From: Eledone cirrhosa
Lineage: Eukaryota
Length of the DNA: 64,000 nt
NCBI GenBank assembly: GCA_964016885.1
Contig: OZ024749.1
Location: 8,432,001 to 8,496,000, forward strand
Reading direction: 5' to 3'
Shown: in pieces, positions 51,678 to 63,807 of the stretch
Layout of the letters: each line of letters begins with the position of its first letter
Position numbering within the stretch: the first letter of the stretch is position 1
Position numbers and translations under genes: made by a program
The notes under the pieces: generated by a model
Database searches by the model: none
Told to the model about the DNA's origin: nothing
What the model saw: the letters and a program-made list of their open reading frames with translations, nothing else

Positions 51678-51782
51678 TCCAGGGAGTGTAACTTGTAGTT
51701 ACTGTAGGTTCACCCAGCTAAGCACTCGATGTTTAGGTTCACTTTAGTGTTGAGATGTAGAGCTAGACAGAGTGTAATTTAG

Positions 51783-51939
51783 TGAAAAGATAGCAAGGAC
51801 GATTGGTTACTCCTTCATTACATTTATTGGTTGGTGACGCATGTTTCGCCACTGATCAACCCAAGGTTCGACCTGTATTGCGCGTCCCCAACCAGTAAAT
51901 GTAATGAAGGAGTAACCAATAGTCCTTGTTATCATTTCA
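51783..51939. repeat. Inverted repeat (58-bp arms) containing the 3' half of a hammerhead
   Basis: 51783-51840 pairs with 51882-51939. The minus strand reads c-GAAAC-atgc-GTC-accaacc-AATAAA. Confidence 0.85.
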
Positions 51940-51969
51940 TAATATATATAATATATATATATATATATA

Positions 51970-52343
51970 CCGTATTTCCCGGCGCCGAAGGTGCTTCATC
52001 CTCGAGGACGCACCCTAATTTTGAAAACCAAAAATTTGAAAAAAAATTATTATTTCTACATTTGGCACAAGGCCAGCAATTAACCCAGTACATTACTGGT
52101 ACTTTATTTTATCGACCCCCGAAAGGATGAAAGGCAAAGTTAACCTCGGCGGAGTTTGAACTCAAACGGTAAAGGGACATACCTCTATGTTGCGAAGCAT
52201 GGCATCCGACCCTCTACCGATACTGCCAATACACCGCCAATTTGAAAAAAAATAATAAACAACCTTCGGCCTCCGGGACGAATGGTAGATTTTTGAGATT
52301 TATTTGAAGAAAAAAGTAGCGTCTTCGACGCCGGGAAATGCGG
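51970..52343. mobile_element. Tc1/mariner-superfamily MITE (CCGTA-type TIRs) with nested SINE
   Basis: TA|CCGTATTTCCCGGCGcCGAAG ... CTTCGaCGCCGGGAAATgCGG|TG. Confidence 0.85.
52048..52238 (-). mobile_element. tRNA-derived SINE (family A) with 15-bp TSD
   Basis: Close match to 44571-44764. AATTTGAAAAAAAAT occurs at both 52033-52047 and 52239-52253. Confidence 0.92.
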
Positions 52344-52370
52344 TGTGTGTGTGTATATATATATATATAA

Positions 52371-53037
52371 ATATGAATAAATTTAGTCCTTCATCAGTGA
52401 TCTTCCAACCTTCATTGGTATTTCATCGCTTTAAAGACCATATACCTCCGGTATGAAGGACTCTATTTATTCATATGTAACCCATATGCAACCACGCAGC
52501 ACGCCATGTTTTCATATTCATACATATATATTTTCCACCGCTGTGACCCGTCTGTTTCTTTCTTACTGCTTCCTCTTTTCTCTGTATCTCTCACTTCCCT
52601 TTACCACCTTTAACAGTCACTCTCTCTGTTAGCCTCTTTCTCACCTTTCACTCACTCACTCTCTGCTACGCCCTCTCCTACTTCCTCCCGTTTGACCTGT
52701 GCGAAATTCTTTCCTTGCTCACATTTCGACCAGGTTTGATGGTCTTTATTCTCTCTCGTCCACGATTTCACAGAACTTATATTCATCGATTTCTGGGACT
52801 TCACTCCTTCTTCCTCACTTTTCGTTGCATTACCATCTTTGATTGTTTACAGTCTCGCTTGTTCCCCTTATTTACGTGTCCCAACGACTTTCTTTAGCCG
52901 TTGCTCGCACCAACCTGAGGTATTTGGTCTTTAAAGCGATGAAATACCAATGAAGGTTGGAAGATCACTGATGAAGGACTAAATTTATTCATATGTAACC
53001 TATTTCAAATCACGCAGCACGCCATATTTGCATATTT
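52371..53037 (+). mobile_element. Non-coding element with combined inverted and direct terminal duplications (Penelope-like architecture)
   Basis: 52371-52448 is the reverse complement of ~52917-52994, and 52453-52518 is a direct copy of ~52971-53036. The body is pyrimidine-rich. Confidence 0.65.
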
Positions 53038-53045
53038 ATATATAT

Positions 53046-53076
<31 letters not shown>

Positions 53077-56000
53077 TGTTTCTTTTATTTGCCACCAGGG
53101 CATCAAAAGTGGGACAAGTACAATGGGGGGAGTTTACAAAACAATGCGTCCTCAATAAGGAGGAGGCAATAACAATATATATAAATAAAATAAAATATAA
53201 CAAAAAATAAAATTTATAACAAAGTCCTCAGTAGAGAGGAGGCGCCTTGGGGGGTCGCACACACCCCCGAAAAAAAGTGTGCAACCCTTCTCCTCAGGAG
53301 CACAGAGAAGGGGTGCTCCCTTGGTCTTTCATCTTCCTCACCTATAGTCTGATGTAGAGTGAAGGCCCATTCACACGGGCCATTCTCGCCACTTTCACCC
53401 ACCTTTCATAGAAACGGCTGGGGTGCAGCACCTCTCTCTCCATCCTGATCCTTCTTCCGAAATGATATCGGAAGAAACGGACCAGTTGTTGGCCAGAGAG
53501 AAAGGTGTCTGACCTCAGTCCTTTCAGACGCGTCCACCATACAACCTCTTTCGCCATGGCTATTACGCACAGAAACACCGCCTCTCCTTCGTTTTTGAAG
53601 AGGGGAGGCGGCTTGATCGTTACAATAGACTCGGTGGTCAACCGGATCGGTCCCACCCTTGACAGCAGTTGTTCGACATAGCCCCACAGATCGGCAATGC
53701 CCGAGCAGTGTACCAATGCGTGTGCAACGGTTTCCTCGTCGCACACGCATCTGGGACAGATCTTTTTCGATGGGTCCCTACCCGGGCGCCTGTGTCTGTA
53801 GAGCCTTTCTCGAACGGGCAGAGCCCTTCTGTAGCATTGCCAGGCCAGGGACCTCTGGAAGTTATCCATGGGTCCCGGGCTGAATGTCCTACCGAACAGG
53901 TTGGCCAGTTCGTCTTCCTCCATGCCTAGGGCTTCTCCGAGGGCGTCGTCGCACCTGCTAACCACCAGCCCTCTATAGAATGACGAGGTGGATTCTCCAC
54001 TGACAGCCGGGTCCGCCTGCCAGAGAGCCGTGAGCGCCTGGGCACACTCGGTGTGCCAGGCGCCCAGTTTTCTCGGTCTTTGCTTGACCCAGTATTGCAG
54101 CTCGGTGAGTGAGACGAGTCTGGGAAAGGCTCGCCTCACAAACGGGGCCCACACCGGTTGACCGGAGAGGAATACCTGAAGGTGCCGTAGCCTTAATGCG
54201 TGTTTACGTATCATCAGCCACGGCATCCCCAGCCCTCCTTTCGAAGGGTGTTGACAGCAGATAGATCTCCTCACCATAGGAGCCCGCTTCTTCCAAAGGA
54301 ATTGGAAGAGTGCGCGCTCCATTTTGGCGAGCGTTTCCCTTGGGCAAGGCACCACGGTCAGGCGGTAGTAGATGACGGATGCTATATAAGTGTTCGCCAC
54401 CTCCGCCCGACCTTTCAGGGACAGTTTGCACTCGGCTCACTTCTGGGTCAGTGCAAACACCCTGCTCGTCACCTCACCCCAGTTCTTCTCCACCTGGAGG
54501 TCTGGTCCGAACCAGACCCCGAGCAATTTCACCGGGCCCTCCGTCCAGCGCCCGACGACGCCATCGGAGGGCATCGATCTGCCCCTCCACGTGCCGAGTT
54601 GCAGACCGATCGACTTGTCCCGGTTCAGCTTAGCCCCTGTAACCTTTCGTACTCCTCCAGTAAGGTGCCGATCGCCCCGATTTCCGAGGCCGTCGACACC
54701 ATTACTGTTACGTCATTGGCGTAGGCTGACACCGCTTTCCGCAATCCCGGTTCCAACGGGATGCCCTGCAACAACTCCAACTTCCGCAGCAGTGGCTCTA
54801 GAGTCACTACATACAGAAGGGAGGAGAGAGGGCACCCCTGTCGGATGGACCGCGCGATTTCGAACGGCTCCGATAGGTAGCCGTTCACCTTGACCCTAGA
54901 GCAGATGCGGCTGCTGTGCATGGCATTGATCCAGCCCCTGAAAACGGGTCCGAAGCCTGCCGCCGCTAGAACCGCATCCAGGTAACCATGGTCGACCCTA
55001 TCGAATGCCTTAGATTGATCCAAGTTGATCAGGGCCCCACCAAAGCCGGGTTCGTTCCCAACCCTCTCTATGATGTATCGCATGAGGTGGAGGTTATCGT
55101 GGATGGACCTGGACGGGATAGCACATGTCTGCGCATCTCCCACCAGGTTGCCCACGACAAGCGCCAACCTCTTTGCTAGCACCTTGGCCAAAATCTGTAA
55201 CTCTGTATTTAGCAGAGTTATGGGCCTGAAATTATTTATTTCGACCCCTTGTTCTCGTCCTTCCTCACTAGCGTGACTACGCCCTTGGTCACAGCACAGG
55301 GAATTCTCCCGTTCTGTCGCCAGTTGCAGTAGACCGCCTCGAGGAGTTCGGGGAACAAGTCCGGCATAACTAGATATAGTTCGTATGGAAGACCATCGAG
55401 ACCCGGGGATTTGCGTTTGCCGCATTTGCTCAGCACGTCCTCTATCTCAGCGGCTGAAATCGGCTCCTCGCAGGACTTCGCCTCCCTGTCCGAGAGACGC
55501 GGCAGGCCGTCGAGGTATGGACCGAAGTCCACGTCCCCAACCGGCCCCCCGCCCCTTCCGAACAATTCGGCAAAGTGCTTTTGAAAAGCCTCGCACATCT
55601 GCTTAGGTTCAAGGATCACCCGTCCATCCTGGTCTCGCAAAGACCGGATAGTGGATCTGCTCCCTCTTTTGGCTTCTGTCACGCGGGCCCAGCTAACAGC
55701 TTTGGTCCCCTCGTTTCCCAGAGCACGTATTTTGCTTAGGACGATGCAGCCTTCGTGTTTCGCGTCGAAGAACTGGCCCAGGGCCGTTCTCGACGCTAGC
55801 ACTCTGGCCACGTCGCCGCTTCTAATTGCCTCTTCTACACTATCTACCAACTCCCTTTCCTTCCTATTTCTATTGGAGGCTAACTCCTTACTAAATTCTA
55901 TAGAGACTACTCTAATCTCTCTTTTGAGAGATCCTCACCACCTGCTGTTGACGATGGCGTCCGTCAACCGCTCCTTAACTAAAGTGCTAATCCGGTTCCT

Positions 56001-56954
56001 GTAAGCCTTACTTGCTGGTAAGGACAAGTTGAGCTTCCAGTAACCGGGTCCCTGTCTATGAGTTCTGTCAAGGTTGACCATGCAGGTCACTAATTTGTGG
56101 TCTGAATAGCCAACCATGCGCATTTTTGGACAACTTAAAAAGTCCTTATCTTTAATTCTAACTAAGAACCTATCTAGGTACGACCTAGATGTTCCGCTAC
56201 GATTTGCCCAAGTCCAGGTTGGCGCAGTCGGAAAAGCTAGTCGATATCTATCGGCCAGGTCAAATCGACCGATTAACCCTTTGAGGCTATTACACCCCTC
56301 TCTATCGGGACAGGCCCCTACGTAGTCCCAGCGTGCATCTAGGATACCATTCCAGTCCCCCACTAATAGCAAGGAGCGGGACGTCCCTAGAAAAGTCTCC
56401 AGACGATGGAAGAAGTCCGGCTGCATTGACCCGAAAGGGCCGTAGGCGGCTACCAACCTAAACGCTCCGCCTTTACCACTGCCAAGGTCCAGAACCACTA
56501 GTCGACCCTCCGGGTCCAAATGTACCATCTGTGTTGCGAGACCCAGATGTTTTTGCAGCAGAACGACAACTCCACCCCCACCTCCGGGCTGACAGAGTGA
56601 TGCGTGCATCTCAAAGTCATCAAAGGTGGGGGCCAGCTGTCGCACGTTGCTGATCCGGGCCTCGCAAATAACCATCACATCTATACGTTGTGACCTGAGG
56701 TCATTTAGAAGCATTGCTTGCTTCCAAGTTGAGCCCAGGCCACGCGCATTTAAACAGCCTACTCTTAGCATAGCCATGTTGGTGGTGAAGAGAAAAGGCA
56801 CTTACCTCTCTGCATCCCGGGTATCGGGCTGCACAATTTCCATTAGGGTGGGGGATGGGTTGTTGGGTAGGGTGGTGGTTTGTGGAAGTGTAGGGGCATC
56901 AGTGTGTTGTGTGGTTGGGGAGCTTGGAGTTGTGTGGGTGTTTGGGGGAGGGGG
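53077..56954 (-). mobile_element. Tx1-clade (L1-like) LINE: full ORF2 with disablements, ORF1 mostly lost
   Basis: APE domain (CLNARGL, GDWN, SYLDRFL, SDHK; 55935-56801), RT (KSPGLDGLPYE, NFRPITLLN, DQSKAFDRVDH, RQGCPLS, YANDV) and C-terminal CPRC...[10 protein letters not shown]. One premature stop at 55935 and frameshifts near 55240, 54625 and 54440. Confidence 0.95.
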
Positions 56955-57004
<50 letters not shown>

Positions 57005-57006
<2 letters not shown>

Positions 57007-57671
57007 TTTATTTTTATTTGCCACCAGGGCATCAAAAAGTGGGACAAGTACAATGGGGGGAGTTTACATAACAAGGCGTCCTCAATAAGGAGGAGGCAAT
57101 AACAAAATATAAAAATAAAATAAAATATAAGATGAAATTTATAACAAAATCCTCAATAGAGAGGAGGCGCCTTGGGGGGTCGCACACACTCCCGAAAAAA
57201 AGTGTGCAACCCTTCTCCTCGGGAGCACAGAGAGGGGGTGCTCCCTTGGTCTTTCATCTTCCTCACCTATAGTCTGATGTAGAGTGAAGGCCCATTCACA
57301 CGGGCCATTCTCGCCACTTTCACCCTTCTTTCATAAAAACGACTGGGGTGCAGCACCTCTCTCTCCATCCTGATCCTTCTTCCGAAATGATATCGGAAGA
57401 AACGGACCAGTTGTTGGCCAGAGAGAAAGGTGTCTGACCTCAGTCCTTTCAGACGCGTCCACCATACAACCTCTTTCGCCATGGCTATTACGCACAGAAA
57501 CACCGCCTCTCCTTCGTTTTTGAAGAGGGGAGGCGGCTTGATCGTTACAATAGACTCTGTGGTCAACCGGATCGGTCCCACCCTTGACAGCAGTTGTTCG
57601 ACATAGCCCCACAGATCGGCAATGCCCGAGCAGTGTACCAATGCGTGTGCAACGGTTTCCTCGTCGCACAC
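57005..57671 (-). mobile_element. 5'-truncated second copy of the same Tx1 LINE
   Basis: Near-identical to 53077-53746 ([13 protein letters not shown]...SLYIRL* plus 3' UTR). Confidence 0.97.
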
Positions 57672-57803
57672 GTATATAGATAGATAAATAAATATAGTTA
57701 TATATATATATAGATAGATATGTATATATATATATATATATATAGATAGATATGTATATATATATATATATATAGATATGTATATATGTATATATATAGA
57801 TAG

Positions 57804-57834
<31 letters not shown>

Positions 57835-57943
57835 GATATGTATATATATATATATATATAGAGATAGATATGTATATATATATATAGATAGATATGTATA
57901 TATATATATATATAGATATGTATATATATATATATATATATAG

Positions 57944-57977
<34 letters not shown>
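57672..57977. repeat. (TA)n-GATATG interrupted microsatellite array
   Basis: Directly visible. Confidence 0.95.
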
Positions 57978-57979
<2 letters not shown>

Positions 57980-60900
57980 TCATCATCATCATCATCATCA
58001 TCAACGTTTAACGTCCGTGTTCCACGCTTGCATGGGTTTGGACGGGGGTAGTCCCACTTGAGGCAAGAGTGATTGTCTTGCTCGCATAGGACTGTCTGGC
58101 AGGTTTTCTACAGTTGGATGCCCTTCCTAACACCAACCACATTTACAGTGTGGGTCTGGGAGGTTTTTACCGTGTTGCCTACACGGCCACATTACAGCGT
58201 GGACTGTGTGTTTTTTGTCGTGACACCTACACGATCTCATTTGTTTCGGCCTCGATGGCGCGGCACCAACATAACTTTACATAGAACGGGGTGGTGTGGA
58301 TGGGGTGGGGGGTGGGGGTGGGGCGGGGTGTATTTTGTTAGAGATGCCTACTGGCTGGAGTAGGTTTTACTATATATTTAGGTAAGGCGGGTCTTCTCTG
58401 TTACTGAGTACCGCCAAAGGTCTCGGTCCAGTGACATTGTCTTGGAGAGGTGTAAGTGTGTGATGTCGGAGTTTATCAGCTCGTCCCAGGTTTTTCTAGG
58501 TCTGCCTATTCCGTGACTACCGTCTATCTTTATTGCCCTGCACTTTGTTATACAGCTATCGACTTTCATGCGCATCACGTGTCCATACCAACGTAGCCTT
58601 CTCTCGAGTAAACAACATCTGATCCCTCTTATCTCTAATTTTTTCCTTAGTTCGTTTATGCTTTGCCGTTCACGTATATTACTGTTACACATCCAGCGGA
58701 GCATGCAAGCTTCGTTCCTCTCTAGTCTGCGTATATCCTCTGCACACAATGCCCAGGTCTCACTGCCATGCAACATTGCTGTTCGTATGCAGGCATCGTA
58801 CAACCTGCCTTTCATTTTTAGTGAGAACCCTTTAGCAGCTAATAGTGGTATAAGCTCTCTGAACTTTTTCCAACCAGTTCTGACTCTAGCTACAGTACTT
58901 TCAGAGCACCCTCCCCCACTGCTGATTTTATCGCCCAGGTAACGGAAGCTGTCCACTATTTCTATGGAACCCTCTGCGCAATTGAAAGAGCTAGTATTTT
59001 GTGGGCACTTGCTGCTACTTATTGCACCAGAGCACCGGCCACATGTAAAATCTATGTTCTTAGTTAGCTTACCTGTGATCCCACTACATCTTTTATGCAC
59101 CCATACTTTGCATTTAGGACATAAAATGGAGTTTCTACCTACGCCTTTCCTACACACCGAGCACGACCATTTCCCAGAAGGGACCGCCGCCTTGTTTTCT
59201 TTCCTACAAACTAGTACTTTGGTCTTAGCCAGGTTAATTTTAAGTCCTTTTGACTCTAGGCCGTGCTTCCATGTTTGGAATTTCTTCTCTAGCTCGGCCA
59301 TTGATTCCGCTATGAGTGTCAGGTCGTCTGCGTATAGGAGTTCCCATGGGCAGCCTGTCTTGAACTCCTCTGTTATAGCCTGAAGGGCAATAATAAATAG
59401 TAGTGGGCTGAGAACAGAGCCCTGATGGACGCCAACTTTTACGCTAAACTCTTCACTATATTCGTTGTTAATTCTAACCTTGCTGACTGTTTCTTTATAC
59501 ATGGCTTGTATAGCCCTCACAAGCCATTCGTCAACGCCTAGTTTTCTAAGAGCCCACCAGATAATGGAGCGGGGGACTCTGTCGAAGGCTTTCTCCAAGT
59601 CAACAAAAGCTAAGTAGAGGGGTTTACCTTTAGCTAGGTACTTCTCCTGTAGTTGTCGTACTATGAAAAGAGCGTCTGTGGTACTTTTGCCTGACACAAA
59701 CCCGAACTGCATTTCATCTAGGTCAATTCTCTCTCTGATTAGTTGCGCTATTACTTTTTCCGTGACCTTCATGACCTGGTCGATTAATTTAATGCCTCTA
59801 TAGTTACTCCTATCTAGGGCGTCTCCTTTACCCTTATAACAGTTAACGATGATGCTGCTATGCCAGTCCTTCGGAACAACCCCATTCTGTACGACTTGGT
59901 TAACTATGCGGGTGACCATGGTGTGTCCCACCGTGCCAGATGCCTTCAGCATCTCAGCAACTATTTCCGAAGGCCCAGCCGCCTTACCCGTCTTCCATAT
60001 CCTTGATTGCCTTACTTATTATACTCCCCTCGACTAACACTGCTGGTCCCTCTATTGGGTCGATATGGGGAGACTGTCTTTCTCCCATTTATTCTCCTCA
60101 TTTAGTAGCCTTTCATAGTGACACTTCCAAGCTACCTTCTTATCAGCGTCGGTGATGGCAAGTGTGCCATCGTCGTTTAGTACACACTTCTCCCCGACAA
60201 TATCACGGTTTTCCTTGACGCATTGCCTAGCAATCCTGAACACCTCACGTTTTTGGTCATCGCGTTGTAGAACATGCTTGAACTTTCTTTCCTCAGCTTC
60301 CCTTCTTGCTAAGTACACTTGTCTCCTAGCTTCCCTCCTGGCCACTTGATAGTCTTCTCTACTTCCCCCATCCCGCCATACTTTCCAAGCCTGCTTTTTG
60401 GCCTTAATTGACCCCTCCACCTTACTGTTCCACCACCATGTTACTCTCCTCCTGCCTACAGGCCTGCTCCGGCCACAGACTTCGTCTGTCGCCAACAGCA
60501 GGTTTGCTTTCAGAAATTCCCACTCTCCCTCTATATTGTCCGACTCTAAATGTTCTTCCTTACTGTCGAAAGCATCAAGTAATATGCTTTGAAATTTATT
60601 CCTGGCTGTGGGGTCCTTTAGCTTCCATATTTTTCTCCTGAGGATAGTCCTCTTCTGCTGTCGAGTACGTCTCGTCCTGACTATGAGGTCGCTAATTATC
60701 AGTCTATGTTGGGAGGTGCATTCTTCATGGGGGAGGGATTTAGTGTTTACAACAGACACTCTGTCACGTCTTCTGGTAAGGATATAATCTACCTGGCTTG
60801 TGTGTTCCCCGGATCTATAGGTGATCAGGTGATTGTCACGTTTTTTGAAGTTAGTGTTACAGATAGTTAGGTTATTTGCATCACAGAATTCCAGGATTCT

Positions 60901-62302
60901 GGAGCCTTCCTCATTTCTAGTACCAAACCCATAGCCTCCATGGATTTCGTCGTAGCCGTCACAATGTTGTCCAACGTGACCATTTAGGTCGCCTGCGATA
61001 ATTATATAGTCACTGTCGGATATTTGGGAGGTAGTTAGCATCAGTGTCTCATAGAATCTGTCTTTTATAGTGCCGGGCAGTCCGGATTGGGGTGCGTACG
61101 CAGATATTACTGTCACCGTAGTTCTATTGAGGACAAGTCGTATTTTAATTATTCTGTCGTTCACTCTATTTACGTCTATTATCTTATCTGCCCACTTTTC
61201 TGCTACCATGATTCCTACTCCACCCAGCCCATCGTCGTTTCCCACCCAGAAAAGCTTATAACATCGTTTTTTACCCTCAATGAACCTAGCAGACCCACCC
61301 CTCCACCTGGTCTCTTGAATACAACAAACATCGACCTCCTTACGTTCAAGCATTTCTACAACCTCGTTAGCGCGACCCTTTAGGGTTCCTACATTTATGG
61401 TACCAACTCTGAAGTTTTGGATTGCGTTTGGGGGTTGGGGGCGGTGGGGGGCGGGGGGCGATGGGGTTATGTTAGCCGTCCGCGGTCGAAACAATGAGGA
61501 GTGCTCGCATTCTCGTCCAAGAGGTGAATTTGTCTTTATCTTTGGCATTGTCGCTGAGCGTCCAGATTTTTCTCTCTCTCTCCTCCACTCTCCAGGATTC
61601 CGCAGTCCATCCATCCATCATATATCGAAAGGCAACCAGGCAAGCGATAGTATAGGCCTCTGGCTTCTGATTGGTCCGCGTAATAATACTGGTGATGCGT
61701 GGGGGCTCTGTTTTATGATTGGTCCACGTAATAGCAATGGTGGTGCGTGGGGTGGGAGGGAGAGGTGTTGGGTAGCTAGCTAGAAGGTAATGATTGAATG
61801 GGTCCTTGCATTTAACAAGCGATTAACAAAAATACAAAATTTGTTCTGTTCAATACGACCAAAAACTTTCGTAGTTAACAATTAATAGAAACAAAAACTG
61901 TAGTTTGTTTTAGCGATAGATTGGCTATTTGGACTTGATACGAAATATGGATTGTTTTGAAAATACGCTAGAATTAGAATTAAATACGCTAGAATTAGGA
62001 TTTGTGGAGGGAGCGAAATGAAATCTGTACATTACGTTACATGAATATCGTGAGGTAGAGACAGCAAGCAATGAAATTTGGCGAAGTGAATTCCTATCAT
62101 ATATATATAGAGAGAGAGAGAGAGGGGGGGCGCATGATGGTTGTGTGTGTTAGGCGTTTGACCGCCCCATGCCTTCGAAGAAGGAAGAAGGAAAGGATTT
62201 TGTTTTTTTGGTTTTGAAGATACGCTAGAATTAGGGATTGAGGTTTGAAAATACGTTAGGAATTAAGGTTTGAAAATACGCTAGCTAGAAGGTAATGATT
62301 GA
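57978..62302 (-). mobile_element. Near full-length RTE-clade LINE with (ATG)n tail
   Basis: APE plus RT ORF at 58378-61614, 3' UTR ending in (CAT)n on the plus strand at 57978-58003, and a repetitive 5' region to ~62302 (5' limit uncertain). Confidence 0.92.
58378..61614 (-). CDS. RTE LINE endonuclease/reverse transcriptase polyprotein, split by two compensating 1-nt indels
   Basis: APE motifs GTINVGTL, CIQETRW, SAYAPQ, AGDLNGHVG, QVDYIL, SQHR. RT motifs NYRGIKL, QFGF, VDLEKAFDRV, GVHQGSVLSPLLF, YADD, FRYLG, HGSETW, RLRWYGHV. Both annotated ORFs are in the same frame. Confidence 0.88.
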
Positions 62303-62303
62303 G

Positions 62304-62341
<38 letters not shown>

Positions 62342-62347
62342 AGATAG

Positions 62348-62437
<90 letters not shown>

Positions 62438-62449
62438 ATATATATATAT

Positions 62450-62485
<36 letters not shown>

Positions 62486-62521
62486 ATATATATATATAGA
62501 TATATATATATATATATATAG

Positions 62522-62560
<39 letters not shown>

Positions 62561-62592
62561 TATGTGTATATATATATATATATATAGATATG

Positions 62593-62682
<90 letters not shown>

Positions 62683-62990
62683 TATGTATATATATATATA
62701 TATATAGATATGTATATAGATATGTATATATATATAGAGATATGTATATATATATATAGATATGTATATATATATAGATATGTATATATATATATATAGA
62801 TATGTATATATATATATAGATATGTATATATATATATAGATATGTATATATATATATAGATATGTATATATATATAGATATGTATATATATATATAGATA
62901 TGTATATATATATATAGATATGTATATATATATAGATATGTATATATCTATATATATATACATATCTATATATATATACATATATACATA
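62303..62990. repeat. (TA)n-GATATG interrupted microsatellite array
   Basis: Directly visible; tatatatagatatg-like units. Confidence 0.97.
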
Positions 62991-62992
62991 TC

Positions 62993-63807
62993 TCCGGCCC
63001 GTTCAAAATTAGGTTTCGAACACATCTCCACTCTTCACAAATAGAAAACTAAGGCACTCCACCTCGCTCGCGGACTACATCACATCACTAAAGGACTTAA
63101 ACATTAGCTTCTCCACGCACTGGGAGATTGTCGACTGGGCTGCACCGTACAACTTCAAGAGGAAATGCGAACTTTGCCTCATGGAGCTCTACCACATCAT
63201 AACTGCACCCCAGGAGCTCATCAACAGCAGAGCTGAAACAGCGATAAGTTGTACACATCGCTTAAAAATATCCTTCTTTAGATGGGTTAAGAATGGAGAG
63301 TGAAATAACACACTGGATCTCCCTGCAACAAGTCTTAACACCCCGGCGGGCAGGCGCAGCAAAACAACACCCAGAAAACGATCCCTGCATACCAAAAATT
63401 ATCCGGGAAAGACTGCCCTAAACCGGCCAAAGTTACCTCCCTTGACCTGCTGCAAAATCAAAACAAGATATTTTTGCGAGCGATGAATCTTGATGTCGAT
63501 TTAACCCCCAAATCTCTTTCCAAACTATATAAGGAACACTTGTGGCTGTTTATGCCCTTGAGAAGCCCAACTGGGCGAAACGTACGTAGGTGATATTTTA
63601 AATAAACATGTTTTAACGGTCTATTCTCCGATTTTTTACTTTCCCACGTGCTTACGCTCTGCTAACTCTCTAGCCCACTAAATATTATCACTTCGAATAT
63701 TTAATACTGCCGGCACTAGTATCGAGCACCTTTGGCATACGCTACTTGGCAAATAACTATATGTATCACCTATCCCTCCATTTTTTCTCTCTTTCTCGAT
63801 ACGTAAA

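Noticed and set aside
52961-53010. Hammerhead at CTGATGAagg
   Set aside because: No downstream GAAA or stem III in either copy.
53214-61783. Short antisense or alternate-frame ORFs overlapping the LINEs
   Set aside because: Shadow ORFs of GC-richer retroelement coding sequence with no independent motifs.
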